Shown here in pieces: positions 61,831 to 64,000 of a stretch of DNA of 64,000 nucleotides (position 1 is its first letter; each line of letters begins with the position of its first letter). The notes beneath the pieces were generated by a model. The model ran no database searches. It was not told the origin of the DNA and saw nothing but the letters and a program-made list of their open reading frames with translations. Location of the stretch: assembly GCA_000934665.2 (NCBI GenBank), contig KZ538164.1, forward strand, positions 1 to 64,000, in the 5' to 3' direction. The position numbers were made by a program, and so were the translations under genes. Source of the DNA: Catajapyx aquilonaris (lineage: Eukaryota).

Positions 61831-64000
61831 CCGATTTTGCTCTTCATGACGCCCTAGCTTCATATATCCAAAAGTATTGAAAACTGCCCAAGTTTTTCGG
61901 AAGCCTAATATCGAAATAAGTATTGGTCCTACCTGTACCTTGTATGCTGAATGTATAATCAAAAAAGTTTTAATCCCTAGGCACAGAACCCATTACGTAC
62001 CCGGAGTCTTGCGTTCTACTTTCAGGCAGTTAAGAAATAAAGAGAGGCGGGGGGAAAAACACGCCCCCCCCCCAAAAAAAAAAGAGAGTTTACGATGCAA
62101 CGCAGTTTAATTAAGAGAACGCTCACGCCAGATGAAGATCACGTCTTCTGTACCTATCGTTTTTCTTCCTTTCAATGCTGCTCCAGCCTGATGGCGCAAT
62201 ACTCTGGGTCCCAATACTCCCCCTTTTTTTTGCGCCCCGTTTCCCAGACGAGAGTATTGCACATGGAGGATATTGCTAATAATGGAGGTGGAAAATACAG
62301 CTGGCCCCTCTATAGCTGACGCGGGAGCCAAAAACTCCAAGCGCAATCAAATTGAGGGCATTTTGGGTATAGGGTCAGGGGGGGATGGGGGGAGAGGTGG
62401 GGGGGGGGNGGGGGGTTTCCGCCACTCACAACAGCCAATCTGAGAATTTGCAAGCATTAAAGGTTTTTATGCAAATTTCCTAAATAGGGTTTGTATTAAA
62501 CAAACACAGGGATAAAGGGTCCGGCACATAGGTCGATCTGGTATAGGGGGGGTTAAATAATGGATATGAAATGAGGGTTTCGTTACCCGCACGTGTAGAA
62601 TAGTCAACCCCCTCCCAAAAATTGGTAGTGGTTTTAGGGAGCAAAAGTGATATGGGTCCGGCCAAAATAATGCTTACATTTCGCAGTGGAGAGATAATGG
62701 CGACAATTTTCGGCCGTTTGTGTCGTTCTCTGAGAGCTTGATGGTGATAACGCTGAATAAGGAAGGTACAATAGACGGAAACTGGCTGGAATTTTGCACA
62801 CAGGCAGAGTGTGGGGAGAGGAGAAGGGGGGAGGGAATGGGAAATTAATATTGTACATGCCTGCAGTCAAGCAGCTTATTAGTCCATTCAACACGGGATT
62901 CTTTTTTTTTCTGCAAAAAAATCTGATTTATTATTATTATTGCTGCAAGTGACCGTTTCGCATTGTCCTTCAGTTTCCGGTGGACGGACGACTCCAGGGT
63001 AGAGGGGGGGGGGATGTAATAAAAAAATCCCTTGTTTAACACAGTGTGACGATGAAAAGGCCGGGGAGAATATAATTAATGCGAGGACATTGAGTAAGGC
63101 ATAAAAATGCTGGTATCATTTGCAGTCAAATTTTTTCTCTCCAACTAGAACAATGAGCCGTAATTACGCCGGGGCCTTAGTGCTTTCACGTGGTGCCTAA
63201 ATTGTAACAAATTGCGTCCCAGGGAGGAAAATGTACACGGCCCTGCATTTGCAGGAATGTGCGTTGACAAATTAAGGGGTCGATTTCATTAAAGTCTGCG
63301 CAATTTTATAAGTATTAATGTGGTCAGATTTCCTTCCATTAAAGTTGTTACATTGCATGATGTATCATTGCAGTTAAATGTCCACTTCCAAATTAACGTG
63401 TGTGTCGAATTTGGTGGAATCAACAAACCAGAAAATTTCAAGATATCTCAAAAAAGTTTGCTGCAAACCATGTGCCATCTCTATCCGCATACGCTTTAAA
63501 AGTTCATACCTTTAAAAAAAAAGCAGCTTCCCCATTTCTCTAACCTTTCGATTAATTGATTTTTGGGGCAAATTTCCAAGAGCTTTTCTCTGCACTCACC
63601 TCAGCTTCTTTTCATAAATCCTCCCCCCACTCCCTTCCTCCTCCTCTCCCTTATACCCTCTTTCTTCTCGTCTTGAATCAGCATCAGGTGTAGTGCCTGG
63701 CTGGCACCGTACTCCTGCATTGTCTTTCAAGTAACCCCTTCATTGCCTTTTCTACGACCTCAGTCTTGTGGTGTGCTTGGATTTTATATTCGAAGAAACC
63801 TTGGAGAGATAAGAAGGAAGAGGGAAGGGGGGGGGGGACGAACTATGTGAAGAGAGAGGAGGAATCGAAGGAAAGTGGAGCGATGGGAAAACAGCAAGTG
63901 CGAAACGGAATCGCGAGTCATGCACGGAGCTTTTTCTGCGAATTGGGCGGAGTTATTTGCGTCAAACCCAGAGGTCTCCCTGACCATTACTTTGCAATCA

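Noticed and set aside
1..64000. CRISPR array, prokaryotic operon or defence system
   Set aside because: No repeat-spacer periodicity, no dense ORF packing, and the sequence has eukaryotic splice and microsatellite features.

Overview
This window is eukaryotic, most likely invertebrate-animal, draft-assembly DNA, and it is almost entirely non-coding. The evidence is a short GT-AG intron, scattered splice-site consensus sequences, microsatellites, many G/C homopolymers, N gaps next to those homopolymers, and no operon structure. I recognised no rRNA, intact tRNA, CRISPR array, intact transposase or reverse transcriptase, or nameable protein family. The one convincing protein-coding gene sits in a GC-rich segment left of the first gap (minus strand, join 1299-1281 and 1224-470, 257 aa). 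It appears to be built from two diverged copies of a ~95-aa domain. A second, weaker candidate is a 71-aa ORF with a signal-like N-terminus and 8 further Cys (4346-4561), with Rel/kB-like, octamer and GATA motifs upstream. The other ~59 kb looks like a long intron or regulatory desert. It contains a textbook recursive-splice-site candidate (27226/27225), several palindromes and hairpins (14756-14810, 28495-28689, 46351-46406), a recurrent CACCTGCGCA(C) motif with a local 3-unit array, and frequent TAATTA sites. Nearly all other ORFs in the supplied track look spurious. All of this was read by eye, with no database searches.
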